Counted from the first letter of the stretch, positions 1 to 8,880 are shown. The stretch: 35,260 nt of DNA from an uncultured Candidatus Saccharibacteria bacterium (GCA_964513095.1 CAZELH010000003.1:1-35260), one strand, 5' to 3'. Notes: generated from the letters alone by a model not told the origin. Translations and numbers: made by a program.

Positions 1-23
1 CAATCTTTTAACCGCGCTTCGCG

Positions 24-2150
24 CTATATCTCAATAATCACCGGAATGATCATTGGTCGGCGCTGGGTCTTGCCAAAGATGTATTGACCTAACTGTTCGC
101 GAAGCATCGTCTTTACGTAATCCGGTTCTGGCTCCTTGGTGCCCGTTAACTTTTCCATAATGGCGTGAGTTTTAACGCGCAAATCCTCAACGAACTCCTG
201 ATTATTTTTCAGATGAATAAATCCACGAGAAATAATATCCGGATTTTTTAAGGGGCGACCGGTGCTTCGTGAGATGGTGGCAATGGCAATGAGCATTCCT
301 TCCTCTGCTAAATTTTTACGATCACGCAACACCACTTCTTCCACGTCGCCCACGCCGAGTCCATCAACCATCACAAAGCTTGTTTCAATAATTTCTTTTG
401 TGAGGCGAACACCCTCATTTGATAATTCCGTCACCAAACCATTATCGGAGAGGATCGTGTTTGATTTTGGCACACCCGCTTCCCACGCAATCTGAGTATT
501 GGCGGCGCGCATGAAGTAGTAGCCATGAACCGGCAAGAAGTATTTTGGTTTCATCAACTCGATAACCATTTTGAGGTCATCTTTTGGTGCATGTCCGCTG
601 GAGTGAATATCCATAACCGACGATTTATACACGATAGCGCCTTGGCGACACAAATTGTCTTGCAAGACTTGCAAGTCGCGTTCGTTCCCCGGAATAACGG
701 AAGCGGAAAACACAACGACATCGCCGGTTTTAATGGTAACGACGCGGTGCTCGCCAGAAACCATTTTCGCCAATCCGGCATTCACTTCGCCTTGCCCGCC
801 GGTCGTGATGATAAGGATTTTTTCGTCTTTATATTTTGGCAATTCTTCCATCGGCAAAATAGTCCCTTGCTGTGACTTGATGATGCCAAGGTTTTGCGCA
901 ATTTGAATGTTGCCCTTCATGGAGTAGCCGTTCAAGAAAATCCGACGACCATGCTTTTCGGCAATTTTTACCAACTCGGCGATACGACTGATCATTGAAG
1001 AAAACGTGGCGATAATCACGCGCCCTTCCGCTTTCATGAGAAGTTCTTCTAAGTTCTTTTCAACCACTTTTTCAGATAACGAGCGACCCGGTTTCATAGC
1101 ACTGGTGCTATCAAGCATCAGTGTGTGAATTCCTTGGCGGCCAATTTCCGCGAATTCTTCTAATCCCTGTGGTTGTTCGTTGGCGTCGTAGTCGATTTTA
1201 AAATCAGCAAAGTGCACAATATTTCCCACGGGAGTACGGAGTGAGATACCGGTGGTGTCAGGAATGTTATGCGCGACACCAAAGAATTCGGCAGTGAAAT
1301 ATTCTCCCAAACGGACAACGTCACGATTTTTAACTATGCCAAAGCGCAATTTTGGAAGATTAGGAAATTCTTCATGGCGTTTTTCGATCAACGCTTTTGT
1401 AAGTGTGGTGGCGTAAATAATCGGATTGCCGAGTTTTTCAATGATAAACGGCAAGGCACCAATGTGATCGAGGTGACCATGGGTAACTAAAATACCACGA
1501 ATATTTTGCTTCTTTTTTTCGAGGTATTCAGTGTTGGGAATAATGTAGTCAACGCCCGGTGTTTCTTCGTCGGCAAATCCCAAACCGGCATCAATGATGA
1601 CGATTTCATCTTTGTATTCGAAAAACATCATATTGCGACCAACTTCTTCAAGTCCGCCGAGTGCGACAAAACGAACCGCTTCACCGTTGCCACTTTCAAT
1701 CAGTTGCTCGCCGTCGGGGCGACGACGAATGGTGCGCGTTGCACCAGACGCTGCTTTCAGGGGAGACGGGCCGGCACCACCGCGAACACCCATGCGGGGG
1801 CCACGAGGAGCGCGAGCACCACCTCCACCATGAAATCCGGAACGCTCACGACCACTGGTTCCGCCACGATTTCCTGAAAAAGTGTTGTGTCGAGAACCGG
1901 TCGCTGGGCGACTAGTGTGATGAGGTGTTCCTGATGGCGCGGTGGAAGCGCCAGAAGAACCTTCTGGTCGGTACGCAAAGCGACCACCAACGCTAGCAGG
2001 TGTCGCAGATGATCCGCCTTGATATGGGCGACGATGAGGCGCGCTGGAGGCAGGGCCTGCGGGGCGCGCAAAACGACGAGGTGAAAAACCACCTGATCGA
2101 CGCGGAGGACGATTTGTGTTGTCCGGCCGCGATTGAGGATGTGTATCCAT
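24..2150 (-). CDS. rnj: Ribonuclease J (metallo-beta-lactamase/beta-CASP RNase) with an Arg/Gly/Pro/Ser-rich N-terminal extension of about 150 aa
   Basis: Long ORF with the HxHxDH motif (VTHGHLDHIGALP) and RNase J-like layout (VRFVALGGLEEVGRNMM ... HSSGHA ... C-terminal domain). The track ORF starts at a TTG (2243). The first ATG is at 2150 (MDTHPQSRP...), and the 31 codons upstream of it are AT-rich hydrophobic junk. Confidence 0.9.
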   Translation of the reverse strand: MDTHPQSRPDNTNRPPRRSGGFSPRRFARPAGPASSAPHRRPYQGGSSATPASVGGRFAYRPEGSSGASTAPSGTPHHTSRPATGSRHNTFSGNRGGTSGRERSGFHGGGGARAPRGPRMGVRGGAGPSPLKAASGATRTIRRRPDGEQLIESGNGEAVRFVALGGLEEVGRNMMFFEYKDEIVIIDAGLGFADEETPGVDYIIPNTEYLEKKKQNIRGILVTHGHLDHIGALPFIIEKLGNPIIYATTLTKALIEKRHEEFPNLPKLRFGIVKNRDVVRLGEYFTAEFFGVAHNIPDTTGISLRTPVGNIVHFADFKIDYDANEQPQGLEEFAEIGRQGIHTLMLDSTSAMKPGRSLSEKVVEKNLEELLMKAEGRVIIATFSSMISRIAELVKIAEKHGRRIFLNGYSMKGNIQIAQNLGIIKSQQGTILPMEELPKYKDEKILIITTGGQGEVNAGLAKMVSGEHRVVTIKTGDVVVFSASVIPGNERDLQVLQDNLCRQGAIVYKSSVMDIHSSGHAPKDDLKMVIELMKPKYFLPVHGYYFMRAANTQIAWEAGVPKSNTILSDNGLVTELSNEGVRLTKEIIETSFVMVDGLGVGDVEEVVLRDRKNLAEEGMLIAIATISRSTGRPLKNPDIISRGFIHLKNNQEFVEDLRVKTHAIMEKLTGTKEPEPDYVKTMLREQLGQYIFGKTQRRPMIIPVIIEI

Positions 2151-2284
2151 AAATATAGATAAATAAAATAAATTGAATAATGCCGATGTATAAAACAATC
2201 GGAAAGAATAAGATAAGAAGTATTGTTTTTTCCGTGGGCTCAAAAAATGAGCGATGGTTAAAACATACCATTCTTATTACTTTG

Positions 2285-2366
2285 TGGGCGGGGAGGGACT
2301 TGAACCCTCAAGCCTTGCGGCATACGAACCTGAATCGTACGTGTTTGCCAATTTCACCACCTGCCC
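2285..2366 (-). tRNA. tRNA-Leu, anticodon CAG (class II, long variable arm)
   Basis: Minus-strand read folds as GGGCAGG-TG-GTG-AAATTGGCAAA-CAC-G-TACGA-TTCAGGT-TCGTA-TGCCGCAAGGCTT-GAGGG-TTCAAGT-CCCTC-CCCGCCC-A (82 nt). Anticodon loop is TT-CAG-GT. The T-loop TTCAAGT is canonical. There is one A.C mismatch at 5:68, and no CCA is encoded. Confidence 0.85.
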
Positions 2367-2402
2367 GTGGAGTGACTTCGTAAAAGAAATCAGCGAAAGA
2401 TA

Positions 2403-2430
2403 ACTATATCATAAATAAGAACAAAAGTAA
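2403..2430 (-). promoter_or_regulatory. Candidate promoter for tRNA-Leu (TTACTT-16 nt-TGaTATAGT)
   Basis: Minus-strand read: TTACTT (2425-2430), 16-nt spacer, extended -10 TGaTATAGT (2403-2411). It lies about 36 nt upstream of the tRNA 5' end. Confidence 0.3.
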
Positions 2431-2465
2431 AAGACGCATTCAAGAGAACTCTCTATAATACTACA

Positions 2466-4100
2466 CTACCATAATCCTTTTTTGTGCCAGCTGGAAATCG
2501 TTTGGAATCGATCGGCTGGGTGAGAGAGAGTGTTTGCGAAATTTCCAGTAATGGTAGTGGCGGTAACATAGGTATAAAAAGGAGTGAATAAAAAGACAAC
2601 GGGAACATCTTGGGTGATTGTTGTGCGAATGCGTTCAAGTTGGGTAGTGCGCCCGCTTTCAGTGGGGGTTCGTCGCACCGTTTCAAGGAGGGTGTCGATT
2701 TGTTTGTTATTGTACATGGAAATATTGAGCCCGGGAGAAAATCGCGCAGATGAGTGCCAAAACGCGAAGAGATCGTTTGTTGGGCCGAGCGAATTTCCAA
2801 ACAATAAAATTTCATAATCACGATTTTTAATAGCACCTGCGGTAATATCCGCAATCGGCGCAACGCTCACAGTGACGGAAGCGCCAATGTGTACGAGATC
2901 TTCAGCAATTAACTCAGCGGTTTTTTTCAAAAAAGGAACGTCGGGAGTGATTAAAGTAAATGCCAACGGAGTCTTCGCGGTTTTTTCAACTTTCATGCGA
3001 GTGCCGGATGCAGTGGTGAGGTAGCCAGCGTCATCAAGTAATGCCTGTGCCTGATCAAGCGAAGGAGCGCTTGGTTGTGTGGGGGGGAGGGTCGAAAGTA
3101 AGGGGAATGAAAGAGGGGTGGCATTTCCCAAAAGCGCGTCTTTCACAAGCCTATCTTTGTTGATTGCCAAAGAAAGGGCAGTGCGAACGCGTGTATCGGC
3201 AAGTGGTTTAGATTTGCTTTGATTGAAAAAGAGCGCGTAATACGTGGGAACGGTAAAAGAATGAGCGGTGTACTCTCGAGTAATAGTGTTTGAGTATGAA
3301 GCGTCAGGAGCGCTAAAGGCATCAAGAACCCCTATGTCGTACGCACGATACAATTCCGTAGCATTCGGATAAAACGCGAGGGTGAGCGCCGAGAGCGCGG
3401 GGTGTTCACCAAAATAGCGAGGCGAAGCAGTTAATTGGAACGTACTAATAAAACCATTCGCGAGTCGATCATATGAAGCAAATTGATACATACCACTCCC
3501 GACTGGTTTTAAATGGTAGTCGCTTAAATGCCAGTTACTAGTGGGAACGTCAGCATAGATATGCTTTGGAACGATAAAAAGATTGGAAAAGTTTTCAGGG
3601 AAAAATACGTATGGAGCAGGAAGAGTGATCTCAAGTTCTATCTCGCTCACGCGCGTTACTTTCACACCTCGCCACACGGAAGCAAGCGGTGAAACACTCC
3701 CGTCTTCTTGGATGCGCGCAATAGTAAAGATAACATCATCACTTGTGAGGCGCTTGCCATCATGCCAGTAGACGTTGTCGCGGAGTCGAATGCGCCACGC
3801 GCTGGCAGGGGTCGTGTCAGGTTTTTCTTCTATCTTGCTTGCCACATCGGTTAATGTGCTAAAGAGGAGTCGCACAAGTGCGCGATCGGTGTCTGAGGTC
3901 GCAAGAATTGGATTTGGATTCTTTGGTTGACCAACAACACCCTCAATAAACGTAGCGCGCGAAAAAGGGAGTGGTGATTTTTGAGAAAATTCCCAACCCA
4001 CAATGGTGATGATGCCAATGCAAAACATCATAGCAGCACCCAAAAAAATAATTCGTTCAGTACGAGTAAAAGAATGAAAGAGTTGTTTCAAGAAGCCCAT
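2466..4100 (-). CDS. ABC-transporter substrate-binding protein, family 5 (peptide/nickel type), N-terminally membrane-anchored
   Basis: 544 aa from the ATG at 4100 (the track start at 4124 is TTG). N-terminal TM helix (IIFLGAAMMFCIGIITIV). SBP_bac_5-like blocks are present (VYWHDGKRLTSDDVIFT, FNQSKSKPLADTRVRTALSLAINKD, ILLFGNSLGPTNDLFAFWHSS). Confidence 0.8.
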   Translation of the reverse strand: MGFLKQLFHSFTRTERIIFLGAAMMFCIGIITIVGWEFSQKSPLPFSRATFIEGVVGQPKNPNPILATSDTDRALVRLLFSTLTDVASKIEEKPDTTPASAWRIRLRDNVYWHDGKRLTSDDVIFTIARIQEDGSVSPLASVWRGVKVTRVSEIELEITLPAPYVFFPENFSNLFIVPKHIYADVPTSNWHLSDYHLKPVGSGMYQFASYDRLANGFISTFQLTASPRYFGEHPALSALTLAFYPNATELYRAYDIGVLDAFSAPDASYSNTITREYTAHSFTVPTYYALFFNQSKSKPLADTRVRTALSLAINKDRLVKDALLGNATPLSFPLLSTLPPTQPSAPSLDQAQALLDDAGYLTTASGTRMKVEKTAKTPLAFTLITPDVPFLKKTAELIAEDLVHIGASVTVSVAPIADITAGAIKNRDYEILLFGNSLGPTNDLFAFWHSSARFSPGLNISMYNNKQIDTLLETVRRTPTESGRTTQLERIRTTITQDVPVVFLFTPFYTYVTATTITGNFANTLSHPADRFQTISSWHKKGLW

Positions 4101-4226
4101 AAAATAAGTATATCCTAAAAACAAGAATTAAGAATTAAGAAGTATGATGAATAGTGTAAATACAATCTTGTGCGAAACAGGTATTGTTTGTGCAAACAAA
4201 AAAATCGCAATGTATTTTTCCTATCT

Positions 4227-4442
4227 TTAACGAATCACTTGCCAGAGGGCAATACCAGCAAACAATGCAATGGAAACGATGGTGCCATAAAAAATAACAC
4301 GCTCAAGGCCACGACGAGTTTGGTACGCGCCACCATCGGTTCCACCACTCAAAAAACTAGAAATACCCGAAGATCGCTCTTGAAGAATAATGAAAACAAT
4401 GATAACAACCGCAAGAATAATTTGAATAATTGAAAGTGTCAT
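4227..4442 (-). CDS. secG: Preprotein translocase subunit SecG
   Basis: 71-aa protein with two TM helices. The Gly-rich connecting loop (LQERSSGISSFLSGGTDGGAYQTRRGLERV) is typical of SecG. Confidence 0.7.
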   Translation of the reverse strand: MTLSIIQIILAVVIIVFIILQERSSGISSFLSGGTDGGAYQTRRGLERVIFYGTIVSIALFAGIALWQVIR

Positions 4443-4457
4443 AGAGATAATAGTAAT

Positions 4458-4808
4458 TTACCGTTCGGCGGCGTGAAAAAGAAAGTTGATGATGCCAATC
4501 AGAATTGCACTATAGAACAAAGCAGGAATACTGCTGATGGCAACTGCAGGGGAAAGAACATCAACAATCTTTAAAACGATTGCGTTTACAATAATCAGTC
4601 CTAAGCCCAAAGTCAAAATAATGACGGGACCAAACAAGAGTGTTAAAAAGGGCTTTATGGTCACATTTAAGAAGGTTAAAATCGCAGCAACAATAAGGAG
4701 ATCGGCGGGATTGAAGGCAATGTGAAAGCCAGCAATCCAATAGGAGGCGATAAGGAGAGCCAATACGTTGGCTGCCCACATAATGACAATTCGTCCTAAA
4801 GCATGCAT
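4458..4808 (-). CDS. DUF360 / phage-holin-4_2 family membrane protein (YvlD-like)
   Basis: 116 aa with four hydrophobic helices. The overall pattern resembles the PF04020 family. ATG at 4806-4808. Confidence 0.6.
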   Translation of the reverse strand: MHALGRIVIMWAANVLALLIASYWIAGFHIAFNPADLLIVAAILTFLNVTIKPFLTLLFGPVIILTLGLGLIIVNAIVLKIVDVLSPAVAISSIPALFYSAILIGIINFLFHAAER

Positions 4809-4816
4809 TACCTATA

Positions 4817-4825
4817 AGTATATCA
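4817..4825 (-). promoter_or_regulatory. Extended -10 element (TGaTATACT), 8 nt upstream of the DUF360 ATG
   Basis: Minus-strand read is TGATATACT-tataggta-ATG. No Shine-Dalgarno lies between the box and the start codon. Confidence 0.3.
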
Positions 4826-4925
4826 CAAAACCATCAAAAAAGAAAGGGTAAGGTCAAAAAACCCTTATTTTTCAATGGTTTTGAGGTGGTGGTGGGGGTA
4901 GGGAAGATCGCACGAAATGCTCGGG

Positions 4926-6455
4926 TTACTGGAGTTGCTTAAGGAGGCTCGTCCCTGTCATTTCAGATGGTTTTGGGATCTGCATAATCTCGAGAATGGT
5001 GGGAGCAACATCAGCAAGACTTCCACCAGTGTCATTTCGTAGATTTTTTGAGACAACGAAATGATGCCCTTTCAGTTCTGGCGCAATGAGGATAAGGGGC
5101 ACCGGATTAGGATCGTGAGAGGTATCGGGTCTGCCAGTCTGCGGATCGAAGACACGCTCAACATTGCCGTGATCGGAGGTAATGCACACAATGGTATCGG
5201 TGCCTTCAATGGCGGTGAGAATGCGAGCAATTTGTTGGTCGAGCGTCGTCACTGCGGTAAGCGATGCCGAATAATCACCCGTATGTCCAATCATGTCGCC
5301 GTTGGGGAAATTAATAAGGACAAAATCAAATGATTTTTCAGTAATAGCGGAAATTGCCCGATCACCAATTTCTTGGGCGCGCAATTCTGGATGCTCTGCA
5401 ACGTGAGGAGTTTGAAGAGAAGGAATAAGAACGCGATATTCGTTGGGGAATGGTTGTTCTTGGAGCGCGTTAAAAAAATAGGTAATGTGGGCGTACTTAT
5501 AAGATTCGGTAACGCGGAATTGTGTTTTGCCCGCACTCGCCAAAACTTCACCGAGTGGATGAGGAACAGAAGTAGTGCCAAACACTACAGGACAAGGAAA
5601 ATCCGCCTTGTACGGTGTCATTGTTGCAAAAAAACAGTTGGGAAAAACAGTCCGCGCAAACGAAGAAAATTGCGGATCCACAAAACTAGATGCGAGTTGA
5701 CGAATAGAATCTTCTCGAAAATTAAAAAACACCACCGCGTCGCCGTCGGCAATCGCACCCTCGCTCTGTAAAAGGGTGGGAGGAAAAAACTCTTCCGACT
5801 TGGTTGTTTCCGCGCTTGTTTTTAAGAGATCGACAAGTGGTGCGGTGGCGCCAGGCGCGTTTCCAGTGAGAACAGAATATGTTTTTTGGGTTAAATCCCA
5901 GTTACCCGTTCTGTCCATGCCAAAATATCGTCCAGAAACGCTGGCGATGCGATCGGCGGGTATTGGAAGAAGTAGGCGATCGATGGTGCCCGGAGGACTA
6001 TCCTTGCCGTCGGCAAAGAGATGAAGCCAAAACGGAATGCCAGCATCATTCGCCAATTTCATAAGTGCAGTAAGGTGGTCAGTGTGCGCATGGACGGGTT
6101 TATCGGTAAGAAGTCCAATAAAATGAATCCTTGATTTGTGGGTTCGCGCGTGCTCGCATGCCGCGCGCAACGTTTCATTTTCAAAAAATGTTCCATCGGC
6201 AATGCTCATCGAAATGCGGGGAAAATGTTGATAGATAACGCGTCCGGCGCCAATGGTTAAGTGGCCAACTTCGCTATTTCCTGTTTCTCCCCACGGTAAT
6301 CCAATTTCAATCCCCGAAGCTTGCAAGCTGGTTGTTGGGTAGTCGCGCATTACGGAAAGCAATGTTTGTGGGCGTGCCGACCAGATTGGATTTGAATTAT
6401 CTTCCGGTCCAATTCCAAAACCATCAAGAATAATAAGAACAACAGTTCTGCGCAT
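4926..6455 (-). CDS. gpmI: 2,3-bisphosphoglycerate-independent phosphoglycerate mutase
   Basis: 509 aa from the ATG at 6455 (MRRTVVLIILDGFGIG...). Contains NSEVGHLTIGAGR, the metal/phosphoserine-site pattern and ITSDHGNVE near the C-terminus. Confidence 0.9.
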   Translation of the reverse strand: MRRTVVLIILDGFGIGPEDNSNPIWSARPQTLLSVMRDYPTTSLQASGIEIGLPWGETGNSEVGHLTIGAGRVIYQHFPRISMSIADGTFFENETLRAACEHARTHKSRIHFIGLLTDKPVHAHTDHLTALMKLANDAGIPFWLHLFADGKDSPPGTIDRLLLPIPADRIASVSGRYFGMDRTGNWDLTQKTYSVLTGNAPGATAPLVDLLKTSAETTKSEEFFPPTLLQSEGAIADGDAVVFFNFREDSIRQLASSFVDPQFSSFARTVFPNCFFATMTPYKADFPCPVVFGTTSVPHPLGEVLASAGKTQFRVTESYKYAHITYFFNALQEQPFPNEYRVLIPSLQTPHVAEHPELRAQEIGDRAISAITEKSFDFVLINFPNGDMIGHTGDYSASLTAVTTLDQQIARILTAIEGTDTIVCITSDHGNVERVFDPQTGRPDTSHDPNPVPLILIAPELKGHHFVVSKNLRNDTGGSLADVAPTILEIMQIPKPSEMTGTSLLKQLQ

Positions 6456-6462
6456 ATTCTTT

Positions 6463-6492
6463 ATTGTACGAGAAATGCGTAAACTCGACCAA
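6463..6492 (-). promoter_or_regulatory. Candidate gpmI promoter (TTGGTC-18 nt-TACAAT), with the -10 box 7 nt from the ATG
   Basis: Minus-strand read: TTGGTC (6487-6492), 18-nt spacer, TACAAT (6463-6468), aaagaat, then ATG (6455). There is no SD. It follows directly after the upstream terminator T-tract. Confidence 0.4.
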
Positions 6493-6532
6493 TAAAAAAG
6501 CCCCATTCAGTTTTTTTCAAACTGAATGGGGC
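6493..6532 (-). terminator. Rho-independent terminator of the 6553-7203 gene
   Basis: Perfect 14-bp stem: GCCCCATTCAGTTT (6500-6513) pairs with AAACTGAATGGGGC (6519-6532), with a 5-nt loop. On the minus strand it is followed by TTTTTTA. Confidence 0.8.
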
Positions 6533-6552
6533 GGGCGCGAAATAATGAGAAG

Positions 6553-7203
6553 TTATTCGCGCATCATTCTTCTCGCAACGAGGATTTTTTCATCGACACG
6601 ATACTCGATGGTTATATTGAGCGGGAAGAGGTAGGGTTCCCCAGTGGAACAACACCGCTCAATAATTTTTTTCCCAAGAGTTTTTAAAACTAAAAAACAG
6701 AGCGCTGTCTCGCATTCGAAGTGCCCCAAGAGTATCTTTTGAATGCGATCGTAAGCTTCATCTTCGCGCACGCCAACAAATAAAAAATCTTCGTTAAGTC
6801 GCAGTGGTTTGCTTGGTGATTTTGCAAGAGTCGTCTCGATGAGTTTGATTACACTCATAACAACAGCCCGTATAGAATCGATAGCCATTTCGCGAAAGTC
6901 TTCTGAGGTAGGGATAGTATCAGTGTCTTGTGCTTCTCGAGCGACTTCCAAGAGCTTTTTCGCCAAGATTTTTATGTCACTGTTATCAATTGTCAAAAGT
7001 TCAGCGGAGAGATTGTCATGAATTTTCTGAAAATCTTCGCGATGCTTTTGTGGAGCATATTTTTTCGCAAAAGTTTCAGTGAGAGTCAAAAGCACAGATT
7101 CCTCTTCTGTAATTAACGAAATAAGAGAAGAAAAAAGAGCCCTGTTCTTCAATATCTCTTCCGGAGAAGCGATCATGTCTTTCGGAATAGTAACGTTTAG
7201 CAT
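6553..7203 (-). CDS. Hypothetical protein (216 aa, acidic, predicted helical); no recognisable domain
   Basis: Uninterrupted ORF with ATG at 7201-7203. An SD-like GAGGT lies 7 nt upstream, and the gene has its own strong terminator. I recognise no motif. Confidence 0.6.
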   Translation of the reverse strand: MLNVTIPKDMIASPEEILKNRALFSSLISLITEEESVLLTLTETFAKKYAPQKHREDFQKIHDNLSAELLTIDNSDIKILAKKLLEVAREAQDTDTIPTSEDFREMAIDSIRAVVMSVIKLIETTLAKSPSKPLRLNEDFLFVGVREDEAYDRIQKILLGHFECETALCFLVLKTLGKKIIERCCSTGEPYLFPLNITIEYRVDEKILVARRMMRE

Positions 7204-7353
7204 GATAAATACCTCAAGAAAAAGGATAAGGAGAGATTGTGAAGGTACGACGTACGATAGTCGCGGATATCAGTACTACGGGGGCCATTGTACAGATAAT
7301 ATGCTAGAATTGCAAGAGGAACATATTATGAACTCTCCCTATATAACACAACA

Positions 7354-8880
7354 ATGGAACCATACACTATCGCGACAATTATTGTCGTTGGACTCGCTGG
7401 CGCCGTCATCGGATACTTTGCACGCACGCGTATCGCGCAAAAGGGGCTTGGAATAATAGAAAAAAAAGCGGAAGAAATTCTTGAGGAAGCGCGCAAAAAA
7501 GCGCGCGCTCACGAAGAAGAGATGCGGTGCGGTATTGAACAGCGTCAAAAAGACGCACAGGAGCAAATTCGCGCAAAAGAACGGGCGCTCGAACAAGCAG
7601 AAAATCGAGTCGCAATACGCGAGGAATCAATCGATAAAAAATTTAATTACATTCAAGCACAAGAAGACGCGCTTGCTCGTCGGCATGAGGAGTTGGAAAA
7701 TCGTCATAAAAAAATAAATGAATTAGAAGAAAGTCACCAACAACGATTGGAAAAAATCGCGAACTTAACATCCGCGCAAGCAAAAGAAGAATTGATTAGA
7801 CAGATGAAAGAAAAACATCAGGAAGATTTAGCCCTGACCTTGCAAAAAATGTTTACGCAACGAAAAGAAGAAGTCGAGAGAAAAGCAGGGGAAATCATCA
7901 CCACCGCACTGCAACGGTATGCCAGAAGTAATGTGGCGGAAACAACTACGTCATTTTTCCCCTTAAAAGACGAGGACTTGAAAGGAAAGATTATTGGTCG
8001 CGAGGGTCGAAACATTAAAGCGATTGAACGGGCTACTGGCGTGGAGTTGATTATCGATGAAACTCCCGACAGCATTATGATTTCATCATTCGATCCATTT
8101 CGTCGTGAAATTGCCTATACGGCACTTGATAAATTGATTAAAGACGGAAGAATTCAGCCGGCAAAAATTGAAGAGAAAGTTGAAGAGGCGCGCCAAGAAT
8201 TAAATAGTCGGATGATTGGCATCGGAGAGACCGCCGCCAATGAAGTTGGAGTATTTGATCTGCCAAAAGAACTCATTCAGTTGCTCGGCAGGCTTCATTT
8301 TCGCACGAGTTTTGGACAAAACGTTCTTACTCATTCGATAGAAATGGCACATATTTCAGCAATGATCGCGGCGGAGTTGGGGTTAAATATTGCGGTTGCA
8401 AAAAAAGGCGCGCTTTTGCATGACATCGGAAAAGCGATTGATCATGAAGTGGAGGGGACGCACGTAGACTTGGGGAGGAAATTATTAAAAAAATACAACA
8501 TCGAAGAGCCGGTCATCTGGGCGATGCAATCCCATCACGATGATTATCCGTACGCCTCACCAGAGTCATACATAGTAACGGCTGCTGATATTATTTCAGC
8601 CGGTCGTCCGGGGGCACGACGTGGAACGGTAGAAAATTATATTCGCCGGCTGGCAGATCTTGAGCGCATCGCTGGAGAGTTTCAAGGGGTTCGCCAGTCA
8701 TATGCGTTGTCGGCCGGAAGAGAGTTGCGAATTTTTGTTATACCAGAAAAAATTGATGATTTTCGTGCATTAGAGCTCGCAAAAGAGGTGGCGGATAGGA
8801 TTCAATCAGAGTTAAAGTACCCCGGTGAGATTAAAGTAAACGTCATTCGGGAGTTGCGCGCAGTCGAGTATGCGCGGTAA
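7354..8880 (+). CDS. rny: Ribonuclease Y
   Basis: N-terminal TM helix (IATIIVVGLAGAVIGYF) and a long charged coiled coil. KH domain (GKIIGREGRNIKAIERATGVELIIDETP). HD domain (HSIEMAHISAMIAAELG ... GALLHDIGKA). Confidence 0.9.
   Translation: MEPYTIATIIVVGLAGAVIGYFARTRIAQKGLGIIEKKAEEILEEARKKARAHEEEMRCGIEQRQKDAQEQIRAKERALEQAENRVAIREESIDKKFNYIQAQEDALARRHEELENRHKKINELEESHQQRLEKIANLTSAQAKEELIRQMKEKHQEDLALTLQKMFTQRKEEVERKAGEIITTALQRYARSNVAETTTSFFPLKDEDLKGKIIGREGRNIKAIERATGVELIIDETPDSIMISSFDPFRREIAYTALDKLIKDGRIQPAKIEEKVEEARQELNSRMIGIGETAANEVGVFDLPKELIQLLGRLHFRTSFGQNVLTHSIEMAHISAMIAAELGLNIAVAKKGALLHDIGKAIDHEVEGTHVDLGRKLLKKYNIEEPVIWAMQSHHDDYPYASPESYIVTAADIISAGRPGARRGTVENYIRRLADLERIAGEFQGVRQSYALSAGRELRIFVIPEKIDDFRALELAKEVADRIQSELKYPGEIKVNVIRELRAVEYAR

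Noticed and set aside
1506-2092. Several overlapping ORFs of 79-123 aa on both strands inside the 5' part of rnj: 1506-1877 +, 1594-1833 +, 1661-1915 +, 1757-2092 -.
   Set aside because: They lie in the locally GC-rich segment, where stop codons are rare in every frame. Their products are low-complexity mirror images of the RNase J tail. No start signals are present.
2453-2863. 136-aa minus-strand ORF overlapping the 3' end of the solute-binding protein gene in another frame.
   Set aside because: It is a same-strand alternative frame fully inside (and just past) a well-supported CDS, with no domain signal. It is a typical shadow ORF.
3071-3120. G-run cluster (GGGGGGG-A-GGG...GGGG...GGGG) suggesting a G-quadruplex.
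   Set aside because: It lies inside the solute-binding protein CDS, the loops between runs are long, and the sequence is explained by Pro/Thr/Ser/Leu codons on the coding strand.
4844-4866. Hairpin AAGGGT-(11 nt)-ACCCTT, followed on the minus strand by TTTCTTTTTT, as a gpmI terminator.
   Set aside because: It has only a 6-bp stem with a large 11-nt loop and an interrupted T-tract. It might attenuate weakly but is too marginal to call.
7302-7347. Promoter for rny: extended -10 TGcTAGAAT at 7302-7310, or TATATA/TATAAC at 7340-7347.
   Set aside because: There are two competing candidates, neither with a credible -35 box, in AT-rich DNA. I could not decide between an SD-less 37-nt leader and a leaderless start, so no feature was called.
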